Source: a virus
Length of the DNA stretch: 64,000 nt
Reading direction: 5' to 3' (one strand)
IMG/VR virus record: IMGVR_UViG_3300016471_000517
Span: 53,061-117,060 of that record
Program-made: the position numbers and the translations under genes
The notes under the pieces: generated by a model
Told to the model about the DNA's origin: nothing
The model's input: only the letters and a program-made list of their open reading frames with translations
Database searches by the model: none
Part shown: in pieces, positions 27,727 to 37,693 of the stretch
Layout of the letters: each line of letters starts with the position of its first letter
Numbering within the stretch: position 1 is the stretch's first letter

Positions 27727-29138
27727 TTTGCGCCTTCAAACGTCCAGTTCACAGCTTTGTTCTTTTTCTTTCCAAATGCCGGGTTGAACGCCTGTCCATC
27801 ATATCCTGATCCGACTCCTTCATCATCCGTGTTATTAGCATTAACAAGATTGTTGCTAGAATTGTCAACATCATAAAATTTCATCTTAGATTTATTTACA
27901 CCAACCAGGAACTTACGGTTTTTTGTAGTATCGTTTCCACGATTCTTCAATTGCTTAACCATAAGTTGCCCTGCTTCTGCAAGCTCTTCATTCTCAATCA
28001 GAGCAAAAAAGAAATCTGCAGTTTGGGGAAGACCAAAACTTTCAGAAGTATCGGTCATCTCCATATCGCTGCTCTTTGCGCCCTCGCGGTTGACCTGTGT
28101 AGCCGTCCAAAGAGGAACGTTAAACTGCTTGGCGAGACCACGAAGCTCTTCTGCAATGCCTTTAACGTAAGTGTAACTATTCATGCCGTTGCCGAGTTTA
28201 AAGCGAGCGCAAGAACAAATGTTCAGGTAATCCACAAAAATTACATCTGGAATAAACTTTTTCTTAATCTTTAGTTCTTCCATAAGATTACGGAAGTGAG
28301 TAACGTTGGCAGCTGCTGTTGGATATTCCTTGATGATTAGCTTTCCACGGCAAGTCTTCTTGAAATTTTCAACCTTACTTTCGTATTGATTGATTGGCAT
28401 TTGTTCGAGGACGTGAATATCCGAATCCAGAAGATTTGCATCAATTCTTTTTGCAATTTCTTCTTCCGCCATCTCAAGAGTGATATAAAGCACGTTCATG
28501 TTTTGTGACAAACATGCTGCTGCATGGTGGCAAAGAAATGCGCTCTTGCCCACACCCGATGCTGCCATAACTACATTGAGCGTCTTCTTCCTAACCCCAC
28601 CACGGGTGATTGTATTAAACATCTCAAGATCAAAAGGAACTTTTTCCTCAACTCTGTGATAATATTCGTAGCGCTCATCCACATCTTCAAGAAAATCATG
28701 CCCGACTCTTGTATCAAATGAGACGGACAAAGCCTTTGACATAATTTCTGGAATTGCATTTTGTGTTTTCTCCTTGTCTTTGCCCTCAATAATACCAATG
28801 GATTCCATGATACCATTATAGATGGCCTTTTCTTTGCAAAACTTTTCTGTGTTTTCTACAAGCCAAATGGTGTCTGACTTCTCACCTTCCTTGTACATTT
28901 CATCGGAAATGGATACACACCTTTTAAACTCAATTTCACCTAGAGCTTTTTCATTCTCCAATGAGATGAGAATTGCATCTTTGGTTGGGATGTTATTGTA
29001 CTTAAGAATAAACTTGCTTACAATGTTGAATACTATTTTTTCACACTTATCGTGAAAGTATTCTTCCTGCAAGAAGGGGACTACTTTTCTTGCGTACTCT
29101 TCATTGAGCACCAAGTTCTTTAGAATAACTGTTTCCAT
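27723..29138 (-). CDS. gp41: replicative helicase (T4 gp41-like)
   Basis: GVGKS, YITLEMAEE, IIKEYPT, VDYLNI, SESFGLP. Confidence 0.96.
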   Translation of the reverse strand: METVILKNLVLNEEYARKVVPFLQEEYFHDKCEKIVFNIVSKFILKYNNIPTKDAILISLENEKALGEIEFKRCVSISDEMYKEGEKSDTIWLVENTEKFCKEKAIYNGIMESIGIIEGKDKEKTQNAIPEIMSKALSVSFDTRVGHDFLEDVDERYEYYHRVEEKVPFDLEMFNTITRGGVRKKTLNVVMAASGVGKSAFLCHHAAACLSQNMNVLYITLEMAEEEIAKRIDANLLDSDIHVLEQMPINQYESKVENFKKTCRGKLIIKEYPTAAANVTHFRNLMEELKIKKKFIPDVIFVDYLNICSCARFKLGNGMNSYTYVKGIAEELRGLAKQFNVPLWTATQVNREGAKSSDMEMTDTSESFGLPQTADFFFALIENEELAEAGQLMVKQLKNRGNDTTKNRKFLVGVNKSKMKFYDVDNSSNNLVNANNTDDEGVGSGYDGQAFNPAFGKKKNKAVNWTFEGAK

Positions 29139-29144
29139 TATTTT

Positions 29145-29172
29145 AGTATACTCTTATATAATGATTTGTCCA
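29145..29172 (-). promoter_or_regulatory. sigma70-like promoter TGGACA-N16-TATACT
   Basis: 6 nt before gp41 ATG. Confidence 0.6.
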
Positions 29173-29175
29173 ACA

Positions 29176-29487
29176 TTAATCTTGATGGACATCGTCTTCA
29201 AGATCAACTGGCTCAGATTTACTCTGAACACCTTGTTCAATCAAGTTCACAAAAATTTCTCCAATTATTTTTGTAAACTTTTCATTGTTTTGATCAAATC
29301 CTTCAAACGAATCAATAATATCTACTTGCATATTGACCTTCAAATCTCCGCTTTCAAGTTCTTCCAATGAAATTTTTCCATACTTATACACAATACCCTC
29401 AAATTCTCCAGAAAGAATTTCAATGGGGCATGTTTCGTCCGCTTTTGCTTCTATGTCTAAAAATTTATAATCAGGAACCTTGTCCAT
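29176..29487 (-). CDS. hypothetical protein (position of T4 gp40)
   Basis: Acidic ORF between uvsX and gp41. Confidence 0.7.
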   Translation of the reverse strand: MDKVPDYKFLDIEAKADETCPIEILSGEFEGIVYKYGKISLEELESGDLKVNMQVDIIDSFEGFDQNNEKFTKIIGEIFVNLIEQGVQSKSEPVDLEDDVHQD

Positions 29488-30493
29488 ACTTGAAGTCCTT
29501 TTGTATTTCTGCGTCCAATTTATCTAGTACATCCTTCGTGTAATACTTTTCTGGTTCGTCGTCAATGTTTTTTTCAAATACCTTTGTACCATCTGGAAGT
29601 TCCACTCTTGTGGATACCTTCTTGAAAATACCATATTTGATTGCGAGGTCGGTCAGTCCATAATAACGACTTAGACCTGATGTGTAATTCAAACGAGTTT
29701 CGACTTGCATATTTTCTTTAACAAATCTGTTCTTGTAGTTAGTGCATTTGATGAAGTTTCCAACTACACCCTCATCGGTCTTGTCTTTGGATTTTGAAAG
29801 AGTGAGAATGTTGCTTGCGGCGTACTTCAATCCAATTCCACCACCAAGTTCTTTAGTTGGAACATAGGCACCGATAACTTGGTATGTGTGGTTAGTCAAA
29901 AGCATTGGGATTTTTGCTTTTCCAAGTTTTAAAGTTAATACTCGAAATGTTGCTTTGGTCTGCTGTGCCTTGGTCATGTCTCTGACATCTTTACCTTCGG
30001 CGGAATCTGTCATCTCCTTGCGGGTAGACAACATTCCCAAAGAATCAAGAATCATGAATACTGGCTTTCTATCCTCTTCGGGTTGCTCAAGAATATCGTT
30101 TACAATTTTAAGAGCCTGAGTTTTAAATTCTTCAATCGTGGCTACGGGAATTACTGCGACTCTTTGGGGATCAACACCGCGAGCTGTAAACATGTCTGAT
30201 GTTACTGCCTGTTCCGTGTCGAAGTAAATAACAACACCATCTTTATGATCTTTTAAAAACTGTCCTGCAATTCCAATTGCATAAAATGTTTTTCCTGTTG
30301 CTGGATCTCCAGCAAGACATGAAATTTTATTATTTGGTAGACCACCATAGATTGAACCGGAGAGCAGTGCATTGAGAACATATGAACCTGTATCAATATG
30401 GCCTGCTACATCTGCACCATCAATTCCGTCTGCTACGATTGATGCGTCCGGGTTTTCAATTTTACTCAATAAATTTTTAAGATACTTTGACAT
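29471..30493 (-). CDS. uvsX: RecA-like recombinase
   Basis: DTGSY, AGDPATGKT, FDTE, DSLGML, NHTY; start MSKY. Confidence 0.95.
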   Translation of the reverse strand: MSKYLKNLLSKIENPDASIVADGIDGADVAGHIDTGSYVLNALLSGSIYGGLPNNKISCLAGDPATGKTFYAIGIAGQFLKDHKDGVVIYFDTEQAVTSDMFTARGVDPQRVAVIPVATIEEFKTQALKIVNDILEQPEEDRKPVFMILDSLGMLSTRKEMTDSAEGKDVRDMTKAQQTKATFRVLTLKLGKAKIPMLLTNHTYQVIGAYVPTKELGGGIGLKYAASNILTLSKSKDKTDEGVVGNFIKCTNYKNRFVKENMQVETRLNYTSGLSRYYGLTDLAIKYGIFKKVSTRVELPDGTKVFEKNIDDEPEKYYTKDVLDKLDAEIQKDFKYGQGS

Positions 30494-30764
30494 TTTTCTT
30501 CCTTTTTGGTATTTCTCTTGTTGTAATAATAACTGCACCCCAGTCTTTCTGGGATGCCTCAATTGGTTTAACTGAATCTACGATTAGGTCACCAATGCCT
30601 TCATAAAATCTATCACCAACCATATAGCATGGCCCACCTTCAAAATCAAATAGGCCATCAGCGTGGCGAGTAAACAGAGACCTACCTTCGATTTTGTAAG
30701 ATCCATCTTCAAGAAGTGTGAGTATTCTTTCATCACCATATCTAGATTTAAATTTCTTAACCAT
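30477..30764 (-). CDS. hypothetical protein
   Basis: AGGAG SD, 95 aa. Confidence 0.7.
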   Translation of the reverse strand: MVKKFKSRYGDERILTLLEDGSYKIEGRSLFTRHADGLFDFEGGPCYMVGDRFYEGIGDLIVDSVKPIEASQKDWGAVIITTREIPKRKKNVKVS

Positions 30765-30767
30765 ATA

Positions 30768-31007
30768 TTAACACTCCTGATTCATTGCTTTTAGCAATTC
30801 CAGCTCTTCTTTCAACTCTTCTAGTTCTTCTTTGAGTTGATTGATTACGATATTCTGTCTTTGAATTTCTCTCTTCTGTTCTTCAATGACACTATTATTT
30901 GAAAAATTTATTTCATGATTTGAATCATAACTAAAAATATATCTACCATCGATAAATTCAGACTTTTTTGTACTATACTGTTTATATTTTTTAGAAAAAC
31001 TTTTCAT
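30768..31007 (-). CDS. small coiled-coil protein
   Basis: Start MKSF behind TTGATT-N16-TATAAT (31014-31041). Confidence 0.6.
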   Translation of the reverse strand: MKSFSKKYKQYSTKKSEFIDGRYIFSYDSNHEINFSNNSVIEEQKREIQRQNIVINQLKEELEELKEELELLKAMNQEC

Positions 31008-31021
31008 TTTTATATTATATC

Positions 31022-33523
31022 TCAAACAAAGAAAGAATCAAGCGTAGCCTGTTTACTTATTGACCAATTTATGGCTTGAAGAATATTGTCAAGAGGTTCT
31101 TGAAAAGTTTTTTCAAACTGTTTCTTTCGGTCAATATATTTTTCAAGTTGAAATTGCTTGGGTGGTTTGTTGATAAATCCCATGACAGCATCTCTTCCAC
31201 TCATTCCATAGGGATTTGGAACTTTAACAAAGACAAACTTCATCTTATCATTTTCCTTAATGGATTGAATTTCTTTGTCTATGTTTAGTTTCTTTGTATA
31301 TGAATTGTGCAGCAATGCTGCCTTTGTAGCGATTGGAGTTCCAGTCTTGTAAATATTTGAACCGTCTTTGTATTTGTTGATACCCTTGACACCCCGAGGA
31401 GCTGCGACATCCTCAATAGGCATAATCATAAACGCATCATAGAATTCATCCACATAGTCTCGCAACTCCTCGGGGGTTTTTGTCAAGATAATACGAATAC
31501 AATCTTTTAGCTTGGAACGAACGACTGCTGGTGTGCTACTTCTTGCAGTTTCAAGACCCATGATTTTTAACTTTGGATCGGCAAACCGAACACCTTCAAG
31601 ATCTTGCATAAGCAGTGCATATCGCTTTTTGGCAATAAACATTCCAGCAGAAGCAATTGCTTCACGCTTGAAGAAGATCTTATTCTCCGGACAACCCAGA
31701 GTATATGCAAGCAGTTCCATCTCTTTTTTAAATTCAGGCTGGATCTTCTGCTCGCAAACTTGATTGATAAACTCTGTGATATCTGGAATCTTTGTTTTCT
31801 TGGAAATTTGTTCCACTATCGGATCTAGATTCAAATATACGGAGTCAGTGTCAACTGCGATGACATAGTCTTTGTCAGTTTTAGTAATTTTTTGAATGTA
31901 CTCATTCATGCAGTTTTCTGCTTTACGAATAATAACTTGTCCCGTTACTGTAACCGCTGTTGCCAGATGCGGTGCGGAATAAACGAATGCGGGATTGCCC
32001 AAACAGCCGTAGAGACTGTTTGCAAGAATTTTTTTAACTGACTGACGAATTTTAAGCGCGGCAATGCGTGGCAACAGATCTTGATTCTTTGTCGCTTCGT
32101 ATTCCCTCTCAAGATCAATCATCTTAGACTTTGCTTCTTTTCTTTGGTTGAATGTTTTTTCAATAAGAACGGGTATAAATCCCTTTACATTACGAGTGAA
32201 CATTGAACCATTACAGGCAAGGCAGCATGATCTGCTTTCAGCATCCTCAATAATATCTGGGATGCTGGCTCTTTTGTTTTTCAAGAAGTCATCAGCATTA
32301 AGTGAAGAATCACTATTTTCACAAGTTTCTGGTGAAATATTCCATTGCATGATAATGCTGGGATACAGACTTGTAGCATCGAAGCTTACAATGTTTTTGT
32401 AGAGACCCGGAGTAACATCCTTTACATAGGCACCAATAAATTGATCGTCTTTGGCATAACTCCGTTTTAACGGTGGAATTATGCTCTGTTTAAACAGATA
32501 ATCACAGCAAATGGTTTCCCAGATGCGTGTTGCAAAGAAAACCGTATCAAATGTTATCTTGGCTTCGTATGCAATAGAAACCGCAAGGTCGATCAGTCTG
32601 AGCTTATTGTCAAGCTGTTCAACCAAGATTGCATCTTGGACGTTATACTCCGCAAACTTTTGAAAATCATTGCGGTAAAACTCCCGAAGTGACCCATACT
32701 CGCTGTAATCAAGTTTTTGAGCATCCAGTTCCGCCTTTGCAATAAAATTTAGAGCGTAACTTTCTTGACTCGTTCCGGAGAACTTTTTGTACAGATCCAT
32801 GTAATCAAGAATCGTATATCCAGGAAATTCATAGATCTTATAGACCTTTCCTCCGATATCCGTTTCCCGCATCTTCATCAAACCAAAAGGCAACCACTCC
32901 TGAATTTCCTTCTCGTCAAAGAAGAGTTTAGCCCTACCTATTATATAGGGCATATCGAAGAGTTTAATATTCCACCCAGAAATAATGTCAACATCTTCTT
33001 TTGCCAAGACTTCAAAGGTTTTTTTGATCAGTTCCTTTTCTGAACTTGTAAGTATTACTTTACAGTCGGGAAGATCAACTGGCTTTGAAGTTATGACATA
33101 AGTAGCACCATCAACCCGAATGCTAATCAGGTTGATTTTTTCATTCGGGTTGTCCAAATCAGGAAACCCGTCTTCGCTCTCACACTCCAAGTCTAGGTAT
33201 GCGACTTTGATCTTGGAAAGATCGTATTCCACCTCAGCCTCATAAGTCTCCATGAGATATTGAGTGAGAAAATCAGTGTTTCCATAAATCGGGCAATCAT
33301 CTAAATCCCTGTATTGGTCAAGAAACTGTCTGCAATCATAAAGAGTGTCAAAGATCATACGCTTAACCTTGACACCATTCAGCGACCTATACTTGCTGTC
33401 TTTATCTGTTTTGATGTACAGAGAAGGTTTAAACGCAACGGTGTCCGTAAACCGAACACCATTGCGATAACCTCGGACAAGTATCTTGTTGCCCTTTAGA
33501 GCGCAGGCAGTATAAAATTTCAT
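31022..33523 (-). CDS. gp43: family B DNA polymerase (T4 gp43-like)
   Basis: DLECE exo, SFDATSLYPS, KILANSLYG, DTDS, KKRY. Confidence 0.97.
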   Translation of the reverse strand: MKFYTACALKGNKILVRGYRNGVRFTDTVAFKPSLYIKTDKDSKYRSLNGVKVKRMIFDTLYDCRQFLDQYRDLDDCPIYGNTDFLTQYLMETYEAEVEYDLSKIKVAYLDLECESEDGFPDLDNPNEKINLISIRVDGATYVITSKPVDLPDCKVILTSSEKELIKKTFEVLAKEDVDIISGWNIKLFDMPYIIGRAKLFFDEKEIQEWLPFGLMKMRETDIGGKVYKIYEFPGYTILDYMDLYKKFSGTSQESYALNFIAKAELDAQKLDYSEYGSLREFYRNDFQKFAEYNVQDAILVEQLDNKLRLIDLAVSIAYEAKITFDTVFFATRIWETICCDYLFKQSIIPPLKRSYAKDDQFIGAYVKDVTPGLYKNIVSFDATSLYPSIIMQWNISPETCENSDSSLNADDFLKNKRASIPDIIEDAESRSCCLACNGSMFTRNVKGFIPVLIEKTFNQRKEAKSKMIDLEREYEATKNQDLLPRIAALKIRQSVKKILANSLYGCLGNPAFVYSAPHLATAVTVTGQVIIRKAENCMNEYIQKITKTDKDYVIAVDTDSVYLNLDPIVEQISKKTKIPDITEFINQVCEQKIQPEFKKEMELLAYTLGCPENKIFFKREAIASAGMFIAKKRYALLMQDLEGVRFADPKLKIMGLETARSSTPAVVRSKLKDCIRIILTKTPEELRDYVDEFYDAFMIMPIEDVAAPRGVKGINKYKDGSNIYKTGTPIATKAALLHNSYTKKLNIDKEIQSIKENDKMKFVFVKVPNPYGMSGRDAVMGFINKPPKQFQLEKYIDRKKQFEKTFQEPLDNILQAINWSISKQATLDSFFV

Positions 33524-33837
33524 TTCTTTGCGTCTTTGTCCTTAAGCAATCCTGCAAGGATAACACTATAATTGATAATGTCAACGATTGCGTCGTACAC
33601 GCTCTCGTTTTTCAAACAAAGTTCTCCACGGTTCAAATAAGTAGAGATTCTTGACATTTTATCCGTCATTCGAATAAGAACCCCGAGTTCTGCTGTTGAA
33701 AACCCAAGATATTCCGCTCGTCTGAAGTTCATGAACGGATCTGCGGTAGAAGCATAGTCATTGTTCTTTTTTTCCATCAATTCCTTGGCTTCTGTGCAAA
33801 TTTTAGTATGTAAGGCAAATAGTTCATCTCTAGTCAT
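33520..33837 (-). CDS. nucleotide-modification-associated domain protein (DUF1599/Nmad1-like)
   Basis: KKNNDY..NF..GVLIRMTDKMSRI..ESVYDAIVDIINY. Confidence 0.7.
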   Translation of the reverse strand: MTRDELFALHTKICTEAKELMEKKNNDYASTADPFMNFRRAEYLGFSTAELGVLIRMTDKMSRISTYLNRGELCLKNESVYDAIVDIINYSVILAGLLKDKDAKK

Positions 33838-33845
33838 GGTTGTTC

Positions 33846-33873
33846 AATATACCACCTTTTAATGGAGTGTCAA
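33846..33873 (-). promoter_or_regulatory. sigma70-like promoter TTGACA-N16-TATATT
   Basis: 8 nt before ATG; heads the polymerase operon. Confidence 0.75.
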
Positions 33874-33876
33874 GAA

Positions 33877-33884
33877 TATAAATA
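33877..33884 (+). promoter_or_regulatory. T4-type late promoter TATAAATA
   Basis: Exact consensus ahead of three membrane-protein genes. Confidence 0.75.
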
Positions 33885-33894
33885 TTAAGACACA

Positions 33895-34515
33895 TTGGAG
33901 TTTACAAAGATGTACCTATCCATGATCGACCCCATTAAAGTAATAGAAGGCATTTCTCTCGCAGTCATGGGAATTTTGGGCATTGGATGGGGTATTGCAA
34001 AATTTTGGAAGTCTAAAGAAAAAACAGATAACTTTATAGAAATTCATACAGAAATTCATGAATTGCTTACTGAACTTAGAATTAATACTAAAGCCATGCG
34101 AGCAAGTATAATTCAATTTCATAATGGAGAATATACGATGGATGGTATATCAATGCGTAAATTTTCAGTTACGCATGAATCCACTCACAAAGGATATGTT
34201 TCTCAGGTGGCGAAATTAAAAGGAAACTTATGTTCAATGTATATTCCCTTATTAACCAAGGTTGTAGAAAATAAAAGCACAGTTCATCATATCGCTACTT
34301 TTCCAGATAGTTACGTTAAAGGATTTTTTGAAGATGAAAATGTATCACAGTATGCTTGTTTGCCGTTAAAAAATAAAGGGGCCAATATAGGGTTTATATT
34401 AATTCAATGGCATCAAGATTTTAAAATTTTAAGCGAAAACCAAGAATCTGCAATTAAAATTTTTGAACATTTGCGTGATTCTATAGAAATTCAATTATCT
34501 CAACAAAGGAACTAA
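33895..34515 (+). CDS. single-TM protein with GAF-like soluble domain (putative T-type holin)
   Basis: N-terminal TM; QFHNG...CLPLK..IGFILI; exact start uncertain. Confidence 0.5.
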   Translation: MEFTKMYLSMIDPIKVIEGISLAVMGILGIGWGIAKFWKSKEKTDNFIEIHTEIHELLTELRINTKAMRASIIQFHNGEYTMDGISMRKFSVTHESTHKGYVSQVAKLKGNLCSMYIPLLTKVVENKSTVHHIATFPDSYVKGFFEDENVSQYACLPLKNKGANIGFILIQWHQDFKILSENQESAIKIFEHLRDSIEIQLSQQRN

Positions 34516-34516
34516 T

Positions 34517-34951
34517 ATGCCTACAGAATTAATATCTTTGCTTGGTGGAGGAGTCACGGGATTCCTATTCCGTTACTGGGCGCAAAGAGCCCAAGACCAA
34601 AAAGACATGTTTAAAATGGCTATTGAGGCCAACAAACAAACAACAGATAACCAAGATAAAGCAGCCCAACGAGTGCCACTTGACGTAGGCAAAGGAGTGA
34701 GACAGTTAATAGTTCTAGCATGCCTTTTTGCAGTCGTTGCGGCACCATTTGTCCTTCCATTCTTTGGAATTTCAACATTTGCAGAGTTTACTCAAAAGCA
34801 ACCTGAAAGTTTCTTTGGTTTGATTCCAGAAACAACTCGTAAATATTTTGTGGAAATTCCCGGATATTTATTTGCTGAAGAGAACCGTCAAGTTTTATTA
34901 GCGGTCGTCGGGTTCTACTTCGGCACAGCAGCAGGAGGAAATAAATCATGA
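34517..34951 (+). CDS. putative holin (3TM/GTA-holin-like)
   Basis: Hydrophobic segments; C-terminal AVVGFYFG. Confidence 0.55.
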   Translation: MPTELISLLGGGVTGFLFRYWAQRAQDQKDMFKMAIEANKQTTDNQDKAAQRVPLDVGKGVRQLIVLACLFAVVAAPFVLPFFGISTFAEFTQKQPESFFGLIPETTRKYFVEIPGYLFAEENRQVLLAVVGFYFGTAAGGNKS

Positions 34952-35214
34952 AATATCTTCTAGCACTACTTTTTCTGGCCTCCTGCACAACACCACAGAT
35001 TGTTTCTCCTTTAGACAAACAAGGAAACCCAATTCATAGTGTATTGAAGGAACCATTCTTTGGCACACCAAGCCAAGCATCAGAATGGAGCTTTTGGTAT
35101 GTTATAATTTGCGCAGTTGTATTCTGGTTTGCTTGGAAAGAATTTAAATCAATCAAGTGGCCCAAGAAGAAATCAGAATCTTCCGGTACTTCCGAACCCA
35201 CCGACTCGGTTTGA
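34948..35214 (+). CDS. lipoprotein with C-terminal TM (u-spanin-like topology)
   Basis: MKYLLALLFLASC lipobox; WSFWYVIICAVVFWFAW. Confidence 0.55.
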   Translation: MKYLLALLFLASCTTPQIVSPLDKQGNPIHSVLKEPFFGTPSQASEWSFWYVIICAVVFWFAWKEFKSIKWPKKKSESSGTSEPTDSV

Positions 35215-35688
35215 TTTCTGGGTAGGAAGTTCCCAAGTTTCTTCAATATCTGCCTGTTCATAACGAACTAGTTCACCTTGAGCGATTCTGTCGCCATGAT
35301 AGATTTTCATAATTTCATCTGAAGTATTGAGAACGATGATTTGAGTTTCATTGACATAATCTTCGTCAATCACTCCTTCACAATTTGCCAAGACCAAACC
35401 ATACTTCAAAGCCATACCAGACCTTGGATGAAGTCTTATAGAATAACCTTCCGGGATATCGAAAATGAGACCTGTGGGAATTAGGGCTCTTTCCTGTGGA
35501 ACAATGGTTATGTAATTTTTACCATTTTCTCCATCATGCTGAACATCATAGTCTTTTTGGGTTTTACCTGCCCAGATTCTTACAGTTGAAGCAGCTGGAA
35601 GATAAGCAGCCAAATCAAAGCAGGCTGCTTTACGGGTTTGATAATTTGGAATTTGTGCGTCTGGAAAGATCTTATAAACTTTTAGCAT
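35173..35688 (-). CDS. dut: trimeric dUTPase
   Basis: ACFDL, IPTG, PRSG, GVIDEDY, GDRIAQ, RVGGFGSTG. Confidence 0.95.
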   Translation of the reverse strand: MLKVYKIFPDAQIPNYQTRKAACFDLAAYLPAASTVRIWAGKTQKDYDVQHDGENGKNYITIVPQERALIPTGLIFDIPEGYSIRLHPRSGMALKYGLVLANCEGVIDEDYVNETQIIVLNTSDEIMKIYHGDRIAQGELVRYEQADIEETWELPTQKSNRVGGFGSTGRF

Positions 35689-35694
35689 ACAGAT

Positions 35695-35722
35695 ATTATA
35701 CTACAAAAAAGTTAAAAGTCAA
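35695..35722 (-). promoter_or_regulatory. sigma70-like promoter TTGACT-N16-TATAAT
   Basis: 6 nt before dut ATG. Confidence 0.75.
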
Positions 35723-35921
35723 CTGGATCTACTTCTTCAAATAATGTCGAAACCAAATAAGGCATAATTCTTCCACTGCTCAAACTTTGAACTATGCATC
35801 TCGTATTATCTTGGGCAATTAATCCAAAGTATATGAATCTTTCATTTTCAGGAAAGTCAAACATTTTTGATTCTTGGCATTGTGGGTCAGAAAATTTTAC
35901 GATAGATAAAAATCTTGGCAT
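35712..35921 (-). CDS. small hypothetical protein
   Basis: AGGA SD, 69 aa. Confidence 0.6.
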   Translation of the reverse strand: MPRFLSIVKFSDPQCQESKMFDFPENERFIYFGLIAQDNTRCIVQSLSSGRIMPYLVSTLFEEVDPVDF

Positions 35922-35930
35922 TTTTTTCCT

Positions 35931-36818
35931 TTAACTATAGAGTAGTATTTCTCTTGTAAGTGGTCTTCTTATTCTTGCGCCTATATAATCCATAAGAATT
36001 TTTGGAGATACACCCGGATATCCTGCACCACCACCTATTCCAAGATTAATCCAAAAAATAGTCATGTAATCAGAGTTTCCTGTTGGATAATGCGAATTAC
36101 TAGATGGAGATGCGGTTCCTGATGTTTTTACAGAATCTGTTTTGTTGTTTATTGAATAAGTAGTTATAAAATTTCCAGCAGAATCTTGTTCTATTCCAAG
36201 ATACAGTTGATAAATTTTTTGAAACTCTACTAAAACTCCAGTATCGTATGAACTACTCGTTCCATCTTTACGCCAAACAATATTCCATGTGGTATTTATT
36301 GGTGTACTGTCTACAAAGTATCCTAATTCGGGATCACTAACACCATTCACCCAAAATTGAAAATAAACTCCATCACTTGGAGATGATGCACTATTTGCAA
36401 AACCAAATCTAAAATAACCATACTGAACCGCAGAACCGTATATATTATTTGTTACAAATATTGCTGTTTCTGCTTCATATTTGGTTTTTAAACCAGAAGA
36501 AGGTTGTATTAATCCCGGTATATGAATTCCACTTGTTTGAATTATTTGAAACGCACTTGGAGTTGAAGTTCCATCCATACTAAGAATTCCATGACCATTT
36601 GATTGTCCATATTCTGTTGTATTTGCTGCAGTTCTTGAAATTGTGCTGTTTAATTGACTTAGATAAAACGGTGTTCCATCAATTCCTGGACCATTGTTTG
36701 AAGTAGCAACACCTTGTACAAAATCTGTAAAATATAACAAATCTAATTGATTTGGATTTTCACTCTGAGAGGTATTTGATAATATAGGATCATTTAATGA
36801 TGTTGCTGAATATGCCAT
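35931..36818 (-). CDS. putative tail/fibre-associated beta-rich protein (paralog B)
   Basis: Paralogous to 36820..37683. Confidence 0.7.
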   Translation of the reverse strand: MAYSATSLNDPILSNTSQSENPNQLDLLYFTDFVQGVATSNNGPGIDGTPFYLSQLNSTISRTAANTTEYGQSNGHGILSMDGTSTPSAFQIIQTSGIHIPGLIQPSSGLKTKYEAETAIFVTNNIYGSAVQYGYFRFGFANSASSPSDGVYFQFWVNGVSDPELGYFVDSTPINTTWNIVWRKDGTSSSYDTGVLVEFQKIYQLYLGIEQDSAGNFITTYSINNKTDSVKTSGTASPSSNSHYPTGNSDYMTIFWINLGIGGGAGYPGVSPKILMDYIGARIRRPLTREILLYS

Positions 36819-36819
36819 A

Positions 36820-37683
36820 TTAAGAATACAACAGAATTTCTCTGTTCAACTCCCTTCTTATTCTACAACCCATATAATCTAAAAACAACAATCTTGCAGT
36901 TGTAGACGTTGTTGTAATTTTTGAATTTGTCCAAACCATTCCCATGTAATCTGCTGATCCTGTTGGATAATGAGATGAACTTGATGGCGATGCTGTTCCC
37001 TCTACCGAAGAGTTATCAGTAACATTTTTAACTTTATAAGTTGTAGTAATAGTACCAGCACTATTAACTTCCACACAAAGATAAAGTCTATATGTTTTAC
37101 TGGCTGAAACCGTAAGTGTAGTATCTGCTCTTGACTGTGTTCCATCTTTTCGAAATACTATATTCCATGTTGTATCCGTTGTAGTTCCGTCACAAAGAAA
37201 TTCAAAATAAACTCCATCAGCAGAAACAGTATTAGTTATGCTACTTTGTAGCCCAAAACGATAAAATCCTCTGTTTGTTGTTGGTGAGTCTCCGTGTATT
37301 GTAGAATCAGTTCTTACCAAAGTTTCTACTTCATACTTTGATATTTTTCCCGAGCCGGGTGTAGATAAACCGGGAATAATAAATGGACTGGTATATACTA
37401 CAGTATAACCTGTAGCATTGCTCGTTGTTCCTGTAGATATTGATATAACTCCAGAACAAGCGGTTATTCCAAAAGCTTCTATATGGGCTTGAGTATTATT
37501 TGTTATCGCTCCACCGTTTGCTGTTGCAGCATATATAACTCCACCCTGAGCAGGAATTGTTGCTGAAGTGGCAATTCCTTGACTAAAATCCGTAAAAATA
37601 ATTGTATCTAGTTGAGAAGGATTTTCTGATTGTGCAACGCCGGGAAGAACGTAATCATTTGGGCTATATGAACTGTAAGCCAT
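36820..37683 (-). CDS. putative tail/fibre-associated beta-rich protein (paralog A)
   Basis: Shared MAYS..QSENP.QLD..FTDF, TTWNIV.RKDGT, HYPTG..DYM, REILLYS. Confidence 0.7.
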   Translation of the reverse strand: MAYSSYSPNDYVLPGVAQSENPSQLDTIIFTDFSQGIATSATIPAQGGVIYAATANGGAITNNTQAHIEAFGITACSGVISISTGTTSNATGYTVVYTSPFIIPGLSTPGSGKISKYEVETLVRTDSTIHGDSPTTNRGFYRFGLQSSITNTVSADGVYFEFLCDGTTTDTTWNIVFRKDGTQSRADTTLTVSASKTYRLYLCVEVNSAGTITTTYKVKNVTDNSSVEGTASPSSSSHYPTGSADYMGMVWTNSKITTTSTTARLLFLDYMGCRIRRELNREILLYS

Positions 37684-37693
37684 AGTTTCTCCG

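Noticed and set aside
23895-33523. Introns or inteins in nrdJ, gp41, uvsX or gp43
   Set aside because: Lengths are normal and motifs contiguous; no intein termini seen.
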